In this document: positions 1-8,636 of the stretch, piece by piece
How the letters are laid out: every line of letters starts with the position of its first letter
How positions within the stretch are numbered: position 1 is the stretch's first letter
From: an uncultured Actinomycetes bacterium
Lineage (GTDB): Bacteria > Actinomycetota > Actinomycetes > S36-B12
DNA: 33,582 nucleotides
NCBI GenBank assembly: GCA_905181745.1
Contig: CAJIYV010000163.1
Coordinates: 1-33,582, forward strand
Reading direction: 5' to 3'
Notes under the pieces: model-generated
What the model was told of the DNA's origin: nothing
The model's database searches: none
The model's input: the letters and a program-made list of their open reading frames with translations, nothing else
Translations under genes and position numbers: made by a program

Positions 1-1325
1 TGGGCCTCGGAACCAGCTTTCGCCTGAATCCAATGCGCAGACAGCTTTTCACTACCGAGCGAATATAGCGGGCCAACCGTATGAACTCGGACACCCTTTT
101 TCACACCCTTGCGTAAGCGAAGGAACAGAATTGGTGATTCGTCTTCCGGTTCACAGCCAACTAATACGACCTGGGACGCAGATTCGACATCGCCGTAGGT
201 GAGCTCCAACGGCTTTCCAGCTACGTATGCCGCCAAGAATTCTGCTTCCTCATTTGAGGTTGCGCGCGCCCGAAAATCAATGTTGTCACTTCCCAACACG
301 ACTCTGGAAAATTTCGAGTAAGCGTAAGCATCTTCGCTTGTTGCTCGTCCACCGACTAAGACAGCGGTCGAACCCGCTGCGGCGGCCAGGCCCGCGGCGG
401 CGAAGTGCATCGCTTCGGGCCAGGAAGCTGAGCGCAATTCGCCATTCTCGCGAATGAGCGGAGATTCGATTCGACCTGAAGTTAAGTACGCAAATGCGAA
501 GCGCCCCTTGTCACAGCTCCACTCTTCGTTGACTTCCGGGTCATCCCAGGCAAGACGACGGGTCACCGTGCCGCGGCGGTGATCAGTTCGAAGGGAGCAA
601 CCTGATGCGCAGTGTTCACAAGTTGTGGGAACTGAGACTAAATCAAATGGCCGTGAACGGAATCGGTACGACGCACTGGTGAGCGCGCCAACCGGACAGA
701 TCTGAACAACGTTTCCGGAGAAATAGGAATCAAATGGTTCATCATTTGCCGTACCGACCTGCTGTTGGGCACCGCGCTCAAGTAACTCAAGGGATGCATC
801 ACCTGCAATCTCGTCAGCGAATCGGGTGCAGCGCGCACAAGAAACACATCGCTCGCGGTCAAGGAGCACTTCAGCATTGACGTTAATTGGTTTAGGAAAG
901 GTACGTTTTTCACCATCAAAGCGTGATTCGGAATGACCAGAGCTCATAGCTTGATTTTGTAGTGGACACTCCCCACCCTTGTCGCAGATCGCGCAATCAA
1001 GTGGGTGGTTGACGAGCAAGAATTCCATTACTCCTTCTTGGGCAACCCGTGCCATTTCTGAGGAACGTTGGGTGCGAACGTTCATGCCCTCGGAGAGCAC
1101 CTGCGCACATGCCGGCTGCGGCTTAGGCACTCCGTCGATCTCAATCAAGCATGCTCGGCAATTAGCAACTGGCACCAGGAGCGGATGATCGCAAAAACGT
1201 GGAATCTCAATGCCGATCTGCTCAGCAGCACGAATTACGAGAGTTCCTTTTGGAACTTCCATTTCGATTCCGTCGATCACGACGCTAACAGAATCCACCT
1301 TCTCGGTGTGATTGGTAATAGTCAT
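1..1325 (-). CDS. nuoG: NADH-quinone oxidoreductase subunit G (5' part; the gene continues beyond the left edge of the window)
   Basis: This frame is absent from the ORF track because it has no stop in the window. By hand translation, the minus frame from the ATG at 1325 stays open to position 1. It begins [65 protein letters not shown]. Further Fe-S Cys motifs follow ([41 protein letters not shown]). The start overlaps the nuoF stop (TAATG). Confidence 0.93.
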   Translation of the reverse strand, partial: MTITNHTEKVDSVSVVIDGIEMEVPKGTLVIRAAEQIGIEIPRFCDHPLLVPVANCRACLIEIDGVPKPQPACAQVLSEGMNVRTQRSSEMARVAQEGVMEFLLVNHPLDCAICDKGGECPLQNQAMSSGHSESRFDGEKRTFPKPINVNAEVLLDRERCVSCARCTRFADEIAGDASLELLERGAQQQVGTANDEPFDSYFSGNVVQICPVGALTSASYRFRSRPFDLVSVPTTCEHCASGCSLRTDHRRGTVTRRLAWDDPEVNEEWSCDKGRFAFAYLTSGRIESPLIRENGELRSASWPEAMHFAAAGLAAAAGSTAVLVGGRATSEDAYAYSKFSRVVLGSDNIDFRARATSNEEAEFLAAYVAGKPLELTYGDVESASQVVLVGCEPEDESPILFLRLRKGVKKGVRVHTVGPLYSLGSEKLSAHWIQAKAGSEA

Positions 1326-2626
1326 TAGGCGCGCGCCCCCGAGAAGACGTATGACGCAATTGGATCAAACTGTTCGTCAGCGCTGGTGTGAGTTGCCGCG
1401 GTGAATTCGTGACTGAAGTACTTCATAGCCGCGGGATAAGGCGTAGCCGCAGCATCGCCGAGCGCGCAGAAAGACCGACCAGCGATCTGACCACACAGGG
1501 TGGTTAAGGTTTCCATTTCATTTTCTGTGCCGTGACCGTGCTCAAATTTTTCCAGCACGCCCGTAATCCAGTAGGTGCCTTCCCGACAAGGTGTGCACTT
1601 TCCGCACGACTCATGCTTATAAAATTCGAGCCAGCGGGTAACGGCTTTGACAACTGACACCGTGTGATCAAAGACCATTGGGGTGCCCGTTCCCAGCATG
1701 GTTCCCGCCTCGGCCATGGCTTCGTAGGTCAATGGGAGGTCGAGGTGATCGGCGGTCAACATGGGAACACTTGACCCACCTGGAATCCAGAACTTGAGTT
1801 CGGCACCCGGGCGCATCCCACCCGCGTAATCGAGCAATTCGCGCATTGTGATGCCCAGTGGCGCTTCGTAGATTCCAGGCCGCTGCACGTGACCCGAAAC
1901 GGCAAATACTTTGAATCCGGGCGACTTCTCAGTTCCAAATTCACGGAACCATTCAACACCGCGATCAATAATGTAAGGAATATTTGCGATCGTCTCCACG
2001 TTGTTAATCACCGTGGGTGATGAGTACAGCCCAGCAACAGCAGGAAAAGGTGGCTTTAACCGTGGTTGCCCGCGATAGCCCTCAAGCGAGTCAAGGAGCG
2101 CAGTTTCTTCACCACAAATGTACGCACCGGCACCGGAGTGCACTGTCACTTCAAGGTCAAAGCCTGAACCTTGAATGTTCTTACCAATCAGACCCGCTTC
2201 ACGGGCTTGCTTGACCGCGTAGGCGACCTTCCGAATTGCCGCGGGAACTTCACCGCGAATATAGATGAAGGCGTGATTTGCTCGAATGGCAAATGAGGTG
2301 ATGATTACACCTTCGACAAGTGCATGTGGGTTCGCCATCATGATCGGGATGTCTTTACATGCACCCGGTTCAGATTCGTCGGCGTTGACAACCAGGTAAT
2401 GCGGCTTGCCGTCATTTTGTGGAACAAATGACCATTTCAAGCCGGTGGGGAAACCAGCGCCCCCGCGGCCTCGAAGCCCGCTGTCCTTGATGGTCGCAAT
2501 GATGGAGTCAGGGTCGCTCTTGAGTGCTTTAGCGAGCGCTTCGTATCCACCATGGCTCTTGTAGCCGTCAAGTGTGTACAGCGTCGGGTCGTCCCAGTGT
2601 TGCGTAATTACCGGTGTCAGTTTCAC
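1325..2626 (-). CDS. nuoF: NADH-quinone oxidoreductase subunit F (51-kDa, NADH/FMN-binding)
   Basis: 433-aa ORF. It carries the [10 protein letters not shown] nucleotide/FMN motif and the C-terminal 4Fe-4S motif [12 protein letters not shown]. It sits in nuoE-F-G order. Confidence 0.96.
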   Translation of the reverse strand: MKLTPVITQHWDDPTLYTLDGYKSHGGYEALAKALKSDPDSIIATIKDSGLRGRGGAGFPTGLKWSFVPQNDGKPHYLVVNADESEPGACKDIPIMMANPHALVEGVIITSFAIRANHAFIYIRGEVPAAIRKVAYAVKQAREAGLIGKNIQGSGFDLEVTVHSGAGAYICGEETALLDSLEGYRGQPRLKPPFPAVAGLYSSPTVINNVETIANIPYIIDRGVEWFREFGTEKSPGFKVFAVSGHVQRPGIYEAPLGITMRELLDYAGGMRPGAELKFWIPGGSSVPMLTADHLDLPLTYEAMAEAGTMLGTGTPMVFDHTVSVVKAVTRWLEFYKHESCGKCTPCREGTYWITGVLEKFEHGHGTENEMETLTTLCGQIAGRSFCALGDAAATPYPAAMKYFSHEFTAATHTSADEQFDPIASYVFSGARA

Positions 2627-3276
2627 TATTGCTGCGCTCCAGATTTTGCAATTTTTAGACCGGCAAGCATTTTTTCGTCGACGTAATTCCCGACAGTTGC
2701 TAGGTCGTCTTCTGCCATGGCCAAGGTGTGCTCGGTTGCTTGGAAGTCACGGATCATGGGGCCACGCGTTGACCACACTTCTTCACCCGATGCGAGTTTG
2801 TCAATTAGGGCAACTGCGCTTTGTGGGGTTACGTCGTCCATGAATTCCCAGTCAACCGTCATGACTGGGGCATGGGTACAAGCCGCTTGGCACTCAATCC
2901 GTTCCAACCAGAAATTACCGTCAGCAGATGGTCCGTTATGAGATGCACCCAGGCGCTCAGCAACCCGCTCGTACACAGCGTCACCACCAAGTAGTCCACA
3001 CAGTGTGTTGATACAGACGCCAATGTGGTGCCGGCCAACAGGACTGTACTTATACATTGTGTAAAACGTTGCAACCGCCGTCACCTCCGCGGAGGTGATG
3101 TCAAGTTCTTCTGCACAGGCAGCCATGCCTTCGGTAGTTACTTCGTCTTGCTCTGCTTGCACCAAATGCAGCATGGGCAACAGAGCCGAGCGTGGGTTCG
3201 GGTACCGCTTGGCTAACTCTCGCATTTTTAATCTGGTTGATTCAGAGATCACGTGCTGCTCATTTCTCTGTGACAT
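2626..3276 (-). CDS. nuoE: NADH-quinone oxidoreductase subunit E (24-kDa, 2Fe-2S)
   Basis: 216-aa ORF with the paired Cys motifs GVCINTLC and ECQAAC, typical of NuoE. It overlaps each neighbour by 1 nt. Confidence 0.94.
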   Translation of the reverse strand: MSQRNEQHVISESTRLKMRELAKRYPNPRSALLPMLHLVQAEQDEVTTEGMAACAEELDITSAEVTAVATFYTMYKYSPVGRHHIGVCINTLCGLLGGDAVYERVAERLGASHNGPSADGNFWLERIECQAACTHAPVMTVDWEFMDDVTPQSAVALIDKLASGEEVWSTRGPMIRDFQATEHTLAMAEDDLATVGNYVDEKMLAGLKIAKSGAQQ

Positions 3277-4616
3277 TAACGGTCAACCCCGCCCATGACA
3301 GGATCAATACTGGCAACCGCTGCGATTACGTCCGCGATCATGGAACCCTCGCTCATCGCGGAGACGGCCTGCAAGTTATTGAAAGAGGGGTCACGGAAAT
3401 GCACCCGGTACGGGCGGGTTCCACCCGTGCTCACAACGTGGGCGCCAAGTTCACCACGTGGAGACTCAATCGGGACGTAGGCTTGTCCAGCAGGGACGCT
3501 GAAGCCTTCCGTAACCAACTTGAAATGGTGAATGAGCGCTTCCATCGACTCACTCATGATTTCTTGGATGTGTTCTGGTGAGTTCCCTTGTCCGTCGCTG
3601 CCAACTGACAATTGCGATGGCCACGCAATTTTCTTGTCGGCAATCATGATGGGACCAGGCACTAGTCGATCTAGGCATTGATCGACAATGTTAAGTGACT
3701 CATGCATTTCAGCGATGCGGATCAAGAAGCGTCCGTACGCGTCTGAGGTTTTTTGGGTAGGAACATTGAATTCATAGTTTTCATAGCCGCAATAGGGCGC
3801 GCTCTTGCGCAGGTCATGGGGCAGCCCGGTTGAACGCAGGATCGGCCCCGTAATGCCCAGCGCCATACAGCCGGTGAGGTCAAGGTAGCCAACACCAACC
3901 GTTCGACCCATCCAGATTGCGTTGTCTACCAGCAAATCCGAGGTGTCCTTGAGCCGCTTGCGAAGCAGCACCACAGTTTCGCGAATTTTTTCTTCTGCGC
4001 CACTTGGTAGGTCTTGGGCGACGCCCCCCGGTCGGATGTAAGCACTGTTCATGCGAAGCCCAGAGACCATTTCGAAAATGTCGAGAACGAGTTCGCGTTC
4101 GCGGAAACCAAAAATCATGGCGGTGAGCGCTCCGAGCTCCATGCCGCCCGTTGCGAGTGCCACTAAGTGGGAAGAAACCCGATTGAGTTCCATCATCATC
4201 ACTCGGATTACGTTTGCTCGTTCTGGGATGTGGTCTTCAATGCCCAGAAGTCGCTCGACCGAGAGGCAGTAGGCCGTCTCATTGAACATCGGGGCCAGGT
4301 AATCCATCCGGGTTACGTAGGTGACACCTTGAACCCAAGTGCGAAACTCCATATTCTTTTCGATCCCGGTATGCAAGAAACCAATACCGCACCGAGCCTC
4401 AACGACAGTCTCACCCTCAAGTTCCAAAATCATGCGAAGAACACCGTGAGTGGACGGGTGCTGCGGTCCCATGTTGACCACGATCCGCTCGTTCTCACCC
4501 TCCGGCGCCGCCGCTATGCTGTCCCAGTCGCCTCCGCCAAGGTTGTACACGGTGCCGTCAGTGGTGTCATAGGACCCCGAAAATGGATCAGGATTCGTAA
4601 ATTCGGTGGTAGTCAT
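3276..4616 (-). CDS. nuoD: NADH-quinone oxidoreductase subunit D (49-kDa)
   Basis: 446-aa ORF with the [14 protein letters not shown] signature near the N-terminus and a conserved C-terminus ending [10 protein letters not shown]. Confidence 0.96.
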   Translation of the reverse strand: MTTTEFTNPDPFSGSYDTTDGTVYNLGGGDWDSIAAAPEGENERIVVNMGPQHPSTHGVLRMILELEGETVVEARCGIGFLHTGIEKNMEFRTWVQGVTYVTRMDYLAPMFNETAYCLSVERLLGIEDHIPERANVIRVMMMELNRVSSHLVALATGGMELGALTAMIFGFRERELVLDIFEMVSGLRMNSAYIRPGGVAQDLPSGAEEKIRETVVLLRKRLKDTSDLLVDNAIWMGRTVGVGYLDLTGCMALGITGPILRSTGLPHDLRKSAPYCGYENYEFNVPTQKTSDAYGRFLIRIAEMHESLNIVDQCLDRLVPGPIMIADKKIAWPSQLSVGSDGQGNSPEHIQEIMSESMEALIHHFKLVTEGFSVPAGQAYVPIESPRGELGAHVVSTGGTRPYRVHFRDPSFNNLQAVSAMSEGSMIADVIAAVASIDPVMGGVDR

Positions 4617-5308
4617 TAGTTGTAGGACCTCCGGTGATCTGGTGCGGGAATACTTGCACCCTTGTATTCAACGGGGATCCCACCCAGTGGATAGTCCTTG
4701 CGCTGCGGATGCCCCACCCAATCATCAGGCATTTGAATTCGCGTAAGCGCCGGATGCCCGTCAAAAATTACTCCGAAAAAGTCCCAAGTTTCGCGCTCAT
4801 GCCAATCCACTGACGGGTAAAGCGCGACCAATGATGGAAGGTGGCGATCTGAGTCAGGAATTGACACTTCAACCCGAATTCGGCGGTTATGTGTGATGGA
4901 AAGTAAAGCGTAGACAATATGCAGCTCCCGATCCTTGTCTTGTGGGAAGTGAACGCCGCTCACACTTGTGCACATTTCAAATCGGAGTGCCGGTTCATCG
5001 CGGCATTCGGTCATGAACGCAATCAGGTTCTCGGGCGTGACATAAAAAGTCATTTCGCCACGATCGATCACAATTCTCTCGACCGCGCCGCTCACTCCAG
5101 CGTCGACCAGTGAAAGCGCCAGTTCTTCGGCGACTTCGTCATACCAGCTTCCGAATGGCGGGATTGATGCACCGGGCATGACAATCGGTGCCACCAGTCC
5201 GCCAAAACCGCTGGTGTCCCCGGATCCTTGTGAACCAAATGCACCCTTGCGCACACCCACCAGATCAATTTCGGCTACGCCGTCTGGTACGACGGGGAGG
5301 TCGCTCAT
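4616..5308 (-). CDS. nuoC: NADH-quinone oxidoreductase subunit C (30-kDa)
   Basis: 230-aa ORF with the [16 protein letters not shown] signature. It sits between nuoB and nuoD. Confidence 0.94.
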   Translation of the reverse strand: MSDLPVVPDGVAEIDLVGVRKGAFGSQGSGDTSGFGGLVAPIVMPGASIPPFGSWYDEVAEELALSLVDAGVSGAVERIVIDRGEMTFYVTPENLIAFMTECRDEPALRFEMCTSVSGVHFPQDKDRELHIVYALLSITHNRRIRVEVSIPDSDRHLPSLVALYPSVDWHERETWDFFGVIFDGHPALTRIQMPDDWVGHPQRKDYPLGGIPVEYKGASIPAPDHRRSYN

Positions 5309-5859
5309 CGCAGGAGCCCCTTCATGTCAAGTACGGAAGGTGCAGCCAAGGCAATCTGCTCTTGCTCAATAATTTGCTTTTTGCGATTCACCCCGAGCTT
5401 CATGTCTTGAATTTCGTCATGGATTTTCAGGATTGCGTCAATGAGCATTTCGGGGCGGGGCGGGCAACCCGGCAGATACACGTCAACGGGAACAATGTGG
5501 TCCACTCCCTGAACAACGGCATAGTTATTAAACATGCCACCACTGGATGAACACACGCCCATTGCGAGCACCCATTTTGGATTCGGCATTTGGTCATAGA
5601 TTTGGCGCAAGACCGGTGCCATTTTTTGGCTCACTCGACCGGCCACAATCATTAGGTCCGCTTGGCGCGGTGAGGCCCGGAAAACTTCCATGCCAAAACG
5701 GGCAATGTCATATCGCGGGCCACCGGTTGCCATCATTTCAATTGCACAACATGCCAAGCCAAATGTGGCTGGCCAGAGGGAGCCTTTACGCGCGTACCCG
5801 GCTACCTGCTCAACAGTTGTGAGCAGAATTCCCGAAGGTAGTTTCTCTTCAAGACCCAT
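5305..5859 (-). CDS. nuoB: NADH-quinone oxidoreductase subunit B (20-kDa, N2 cluster)
   Basis: The ORF carries the [15 protein letters not shown] and LPGCPPRPE cluster-ligand motifs. I prefer the internal ATG at 5859 ([10 protein letters not shown]...). That start overlaps the nuoA stop as TAATG, the same coupling seen at other nuo junctions. The longest ORF would start at 5889. Confidence 0.93.
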   Translation of the reverse strand: MGLEEKLPSGILLTTVEQVAGYARKGSLWPATFGLACCAIEMMATGGPRYDIARFGMEVFRASPRQADLMIVAGRVSQKMAPVLRQIYDQMPNPKWVLAMGVCSSSGGMFNNYAVVQGVDHIVPVDVYLPGCPPRPEMLIDAILKIHDEIQDMKLGVNRKKQIIEQEQIALAAPSVLDMKGLLR

Positions 5860-6218
5860 TAATCCCACTCCAATCCGCCGCGGCGCCATTCAAATGCATA
5901 GGGCAAACCCAAATTTATGAGAAAGAGGAAAATCGCGATTAACCCAAATACGCCCAGCGCATCGGCTGAGACCGCCCAAGGGTAGAGGAAAACCAACTCG
6001 ATGTCGAAAATAATAAACATCATGGCGGTGAGGTAGTACTTAATGGGGAAACGGCCGCCACCCATTGGCTGCGGTGTTGGCTCAATCCCACACTCGTAAG
6101 CGGCGTATTTCGCACGGTTATACCGTTTGGGACCCGTGAAACTGGCGATTACGATTGAGAAAGCTGCAAAACCGAATGCCAAGATCCCGAGCACCAAGAT
6201 TGGTGTGTAGACGTTCAT
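5859..6218 (-). CDS. nuoA: NADH-quinone oxidoreductase subunit A
   Basis: 119-aa protein with three hydrophobic segments and the YECGIEP motif. It is the first gene of the nuo array. Confidence 0.93.
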   Translation of the reverse strand: MNVYTPILVLGILAFGFAAFSIVIASFTGPKRYNRAKYAAYECGIEPTPQPMGGGRFPIKYYLTAMMFIIFDIELVFLYPWAVSADALGVFGLIAIFLFLINLGLPYAFEWRRGGLEWD

Positions 6219-6285
6219 ACCCGCCCTTTCACATACTCGAATGCCAAGCCAGTCACAGCAGCTTTTCTCTCATCTACTTGCGCGA

Positions 6286-6303
6286 TTGTGAAATTTTTCA
6301 CTA
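6286..6303. promoter_or_regulatory. Candidate Rex (or CRP/GlxR-type) operator upstream of nuoA
   Basis: The sequence is TTGTGAAATTTTTCACTA, with a perfect 14-bp palindromic core GTGAAA-TT-TTTCAC. It matches the Rex operator consensus TTGTGAA-N4-TTCACAA at 13 of 14 defined positions. It also fits TGTGA-N6-TCACA at 9 of 10 positions. It lies 67 nt upstream of the nuoA start, in the 103-nt menG-nuoA spacer. Confidence 0.55.
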
Positions 6304-6321
6304 TCTGACCAAGCATAGTGG

Positions 6322-7056
6322 CTAATCCTTCGGAGCAACCGCCCGGTGGATGCTCACGATTCCCCCGGTGAAATTGCGCCACTGAACCGCTCCCCAGCCC
6401 GCGTCGGCAATGTCTGCTGCCAGCTCTTCTTGGACCGGCCAAGCGCGGATTGACTCGGCCAAATACCGATAAGCATCCGGATTTGAAGAGACCCGGTTCG
6501 AGAGCACGGGCAACGCCGCCATGAGGTACTCGGTATACACCCGACGAAATGGGGCCAGCGTTGGATGGGAAAACTCGCAGATCACGAGACGCCCACCGGG
6601 CTTAATCACGCGCCTGAACTCCTCTAGGGCCACCATGCGATCGGCTACGTTTCGCAATCCGAAGGAAATAGTGACCCGGTCAAAACTTGAGTCGCCAAAT
6701 GGCAGGGCTAGCGCATCTGCCGCGACGAAAGGAATCGCCGGGTTTCGGGCTTTGCCTACTTCGAGCATTCCCAGTGAAAAGTCCGCGGCAATGACATCCG
6801 CCCCTGAGGCGGTGAATGCGGCCGATGAGGTTCCGGTGCCCGCTGCGATGTCGAGAACTAGTTGTCCTTCTTCCAGTTGTAAAGCTTTACGCACGGCGCT
6901 GCGCCAACGCCGGGTCTGTCCCACGGCCAGAATGTCATTGGTGCGATCGTACTTAGCGGCAACTGCATCAAACATCGCAGCAACTTCAGCTGGATCCTTA
7001 TCCAAATTTGCCCTCGGCACGCCCTTAGTCTGCCAGAGATCCCGCCTCACGCTCAC
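6322..7056 (-). CDS. menG: Demethylmenaquinone methyltransferase (UbiE/MenG family, SAM-dependent)
   Basis: 244-aa ORF with a GTG start. The N-terminus [21 protein letters not shown] is typical of UbiE. It has the SAM-binding motif [10 protein letters not shown] and a C-terminal FTGGIVSIH. Confidence 0.9.
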   Translation of the reverse strand: MSVRRDLWQTKGVPRANLDKDPAEVAAMFDAVAAKYDRTNDILAVGQTRRWRSAVRKALQLEEGQLVLDIAAGTGTSSAAFTASGADVIAADFSLGMLEVGKARNPAIPFVAADALALPFGDSSFDRVTISFGLRNVADRMVALEEFRRVIKPGGRLVICEFSHPTLAPFRRVYTEYLMAALPVLSNRVSSNPDAYRYLAESIRAWPVQEELAADIADAGWGAVQWRNFTGGIVSIHRAVAPKD

Positions 7057-7103
7057 TGCAGTTCCAAGTGGTTAAAACAACGCGCGAGCCTTAGGCTTAC
7101 GCG

Positions 7104-8357
7104 GTGAGCGTGAATGAGCAGCCAGGTGTCTTGCCCGACCAAGAACACCTGACTTTCCGTACTCGAGCTCTCGAACACGACCTAGAACTTCTCCAACATC
7201 TGCCTAGCGAGAGCCCACTGGCCTGGGTCCGAGGTGGCGAAGGACTCATTGGTTGGGGGGTGGCTGCTCGATTGCAAGTGCGTGGCGATGAAACCTTTTC
7301 CCGAACCCAGCGCTGGTGGAACCAACTCCTCGCAAATGCCCACATTGAGGACACTGTTAGCTTGCCGGGAACGGGACCGGTTGCTTTCGCCTCATTTGCA
7401 TTCGACCGCGATAACCTCTCCGAAGTTGTCGTCCCTAATGTTGTTGTCGGTAAACGTGGTGGACAAACCTGGATGACCACGATTGGGTCGGCGAGTAGCG
7501 TCCTGCCACCGGTTTCCGTCCCCGCTTCACCCACCACGGTGCGTTGGGCTGAAGGAAGCATTCCGCCATGGGAATGGGAACAATCCGTTGCCACCGCTGT
7601 TGAACGAATTACCGCAGGCGAACTCGACAAAGTAGTTCTTGCCCGCGACCTCATTGCACACGTTGACGGTGCACTCGACGTTCGATTCCTGATCAATCAA
7701 CTTGCTCGGGCCTATCCCACCTGTTGGACATTCGTGGTCGAAGATCTTTTTGGGGCAACCCCGGAGTTGCTGGTTCGGCGAACGGGTGGGCTGGTTATGA
7801 GCCGGGTCCTTGCCGGCACGGTTCGGCGCCAGGGGGACAAATCTACGGATGCGGATTTAGCCTTGGATCTCATGAAGAGCGACAAAGATCTCGCCGAACA
7901 CGAGTACGCGGTTCACTCAGTTGCCAAAGCACTCGCAACACATTGCACCGACCTTGAAGTTCCTGAACAGCCACGAGTTCTCGAGCTTGCAAATGTACAA
8001 CACCTGGCGACCGATATCATTGGTCAACTTGCCAGTGAAGCCCCGATCCTGTCCATTGTTGCATCCCTTCACCCCACTGCGGCCGTGTGCGGAACCCCCA
8101 CCGAACGGGCCAAAGCCATGATCCCCGAACTTGAAGGAATGAATCGTGGACGTTATGCCGGACCGGTTGGTTGGTTTGATCATCACGGTGACGGCGAGTT
8201 TGGAATTGCTCTGCGTTGCGCGAAGATTGATCAGGAGTCGCGCACCGTGCGTTCCTTTGCCGGGTGCGGAATCGTTGCCGGGTCAATCCCTGAGTTGGAA
8301 TTTGCCGAATCAGCCGCAAAACTTGCGCCCGTCCGTGACGCTCTGGAAAGCCGCTAG
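7104..8357 (+). CDS. menF: Isochorismate synthase (menaquinone-specific)
   Basis: 417-aa ORF with a GTG start. Chorismate-binding motifs are present: ATPELLVRR, HPTAAVCGTP, RGRYAGPVGW and FGIALRCA. Confidence 0.9.
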   Translation: MSVNEQPGVLPDQEHLTFRTRALEHDLELLQHLPSESPLAWVRGGEGLIGWGVAARLQVRGDETFSRTQRWWNQLLANAHIEDTVSLPGTGPVAFASFAFDRDNLSEVVVPNVVVGKRGGQTWMTTIGSASSVLPPVSVPASPTTVRWAEGSIPPWEWEQSVATAVERITAGELDKVVLARDLIAHVDGALDVRFLINQLARAYPTCWTFVVEDLFGATPELLVRRTGGLVMSRVLAGTVRRQGDKSTDADLALDLMKSDKDLAEHEYAVHSVAKALATHCTDLEVPEQPRVLELANVQHLATDIIGQLASEAPILSIVASLHPTAAVCGTPTERAKAMIPELEGMNRGRYAGPVGWFDHHGDGEFGIALRCAKIDQESRTVRSFAGCGIVAGSIPELEFAESAAKLAPVRDALESR

Positions 8358-8457
8358 TTCACCATCTCTTTTTCACATGCATTAATTTCCCGACCACCTC
8401 CGGGCGTGGGAACCAGAACCCAATCACAGTCGAGCAGGATTTTACGCCTCATAGAAT

Positions 8458-8487
8458 AGAACTGTCCTTAAGAGAACTGTCCTTAAG
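8458..8487. repeat. Perfect 2 x 15-bp tandem duplication (AGAACTGTCCTTAAG)
   Basis: Read directly from the sequence. Positions 8458-8472 and 8473-8487 are identical, and each copy contains the CTTAAG palindrome. The repeat lies in the 279-nt menF/menD convergent spacer. Confidence 0.9.
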
Positions 8488-8636
8488 AACGCATGCCATG
8501 ACGCTAGTAGCGCAATCCCAAGGCCCACCGCAATAATGTGCACAACGATTGAGTCAAAAGAGAACACCAAGAGTTCACTCTAAGTCTGTAGCAGCCTGAA
8601 CAACTTTCCGCCGCGTTGAGTCTGCGACCACCTCAC

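Noticed and set aside
6215-6442. 75-aa minus-strand ORF spanning the menG 3' end and the nuoA upstream spacer
   Set aside because: It is out of frame with menG and runs through the regulatory palindrome. Its composition is not protein-like, and it would end 4 nt inside nuoA. I treat the region as menG 3' end plus promoter/operator.
7085-7100. IdeR/DtxR-like fragment CCTTAGGCTTAC in the menG/menF spacer
   Set aside because: Only one half resembles the 19-bp iron box (TTAGGTTAGGCTAACCTAA). The partner half is absent.
7097-7696. 199-aa minus-strand ORF antisense to menF. The same applies to 6521..7075 (+, antisense to menG), 10487..11053 (+, antisense to menC), 12496..12948 (-, antisense to menE), 19331..19957 (+) and 27640..28117 (both strands).
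   Set aside because: The translations are Arg/Ser/Pro/Thr-rich with no recognisable motifs. Each lies wholly inside a gene whose opposite-strand product has clear family signatures. This is typical of open antisense frames.
8549-8571. Hairpin AGAGAAC-ACCAAGA-GTTC(AC)TCT as an intrinsic terminator for menD
   Set aside because: The stem is 7 bp, AU-rich and bulged, and the U-tract on the menD strand is only about 3-4 nt. It is too weak to annotate as a terminator feature.
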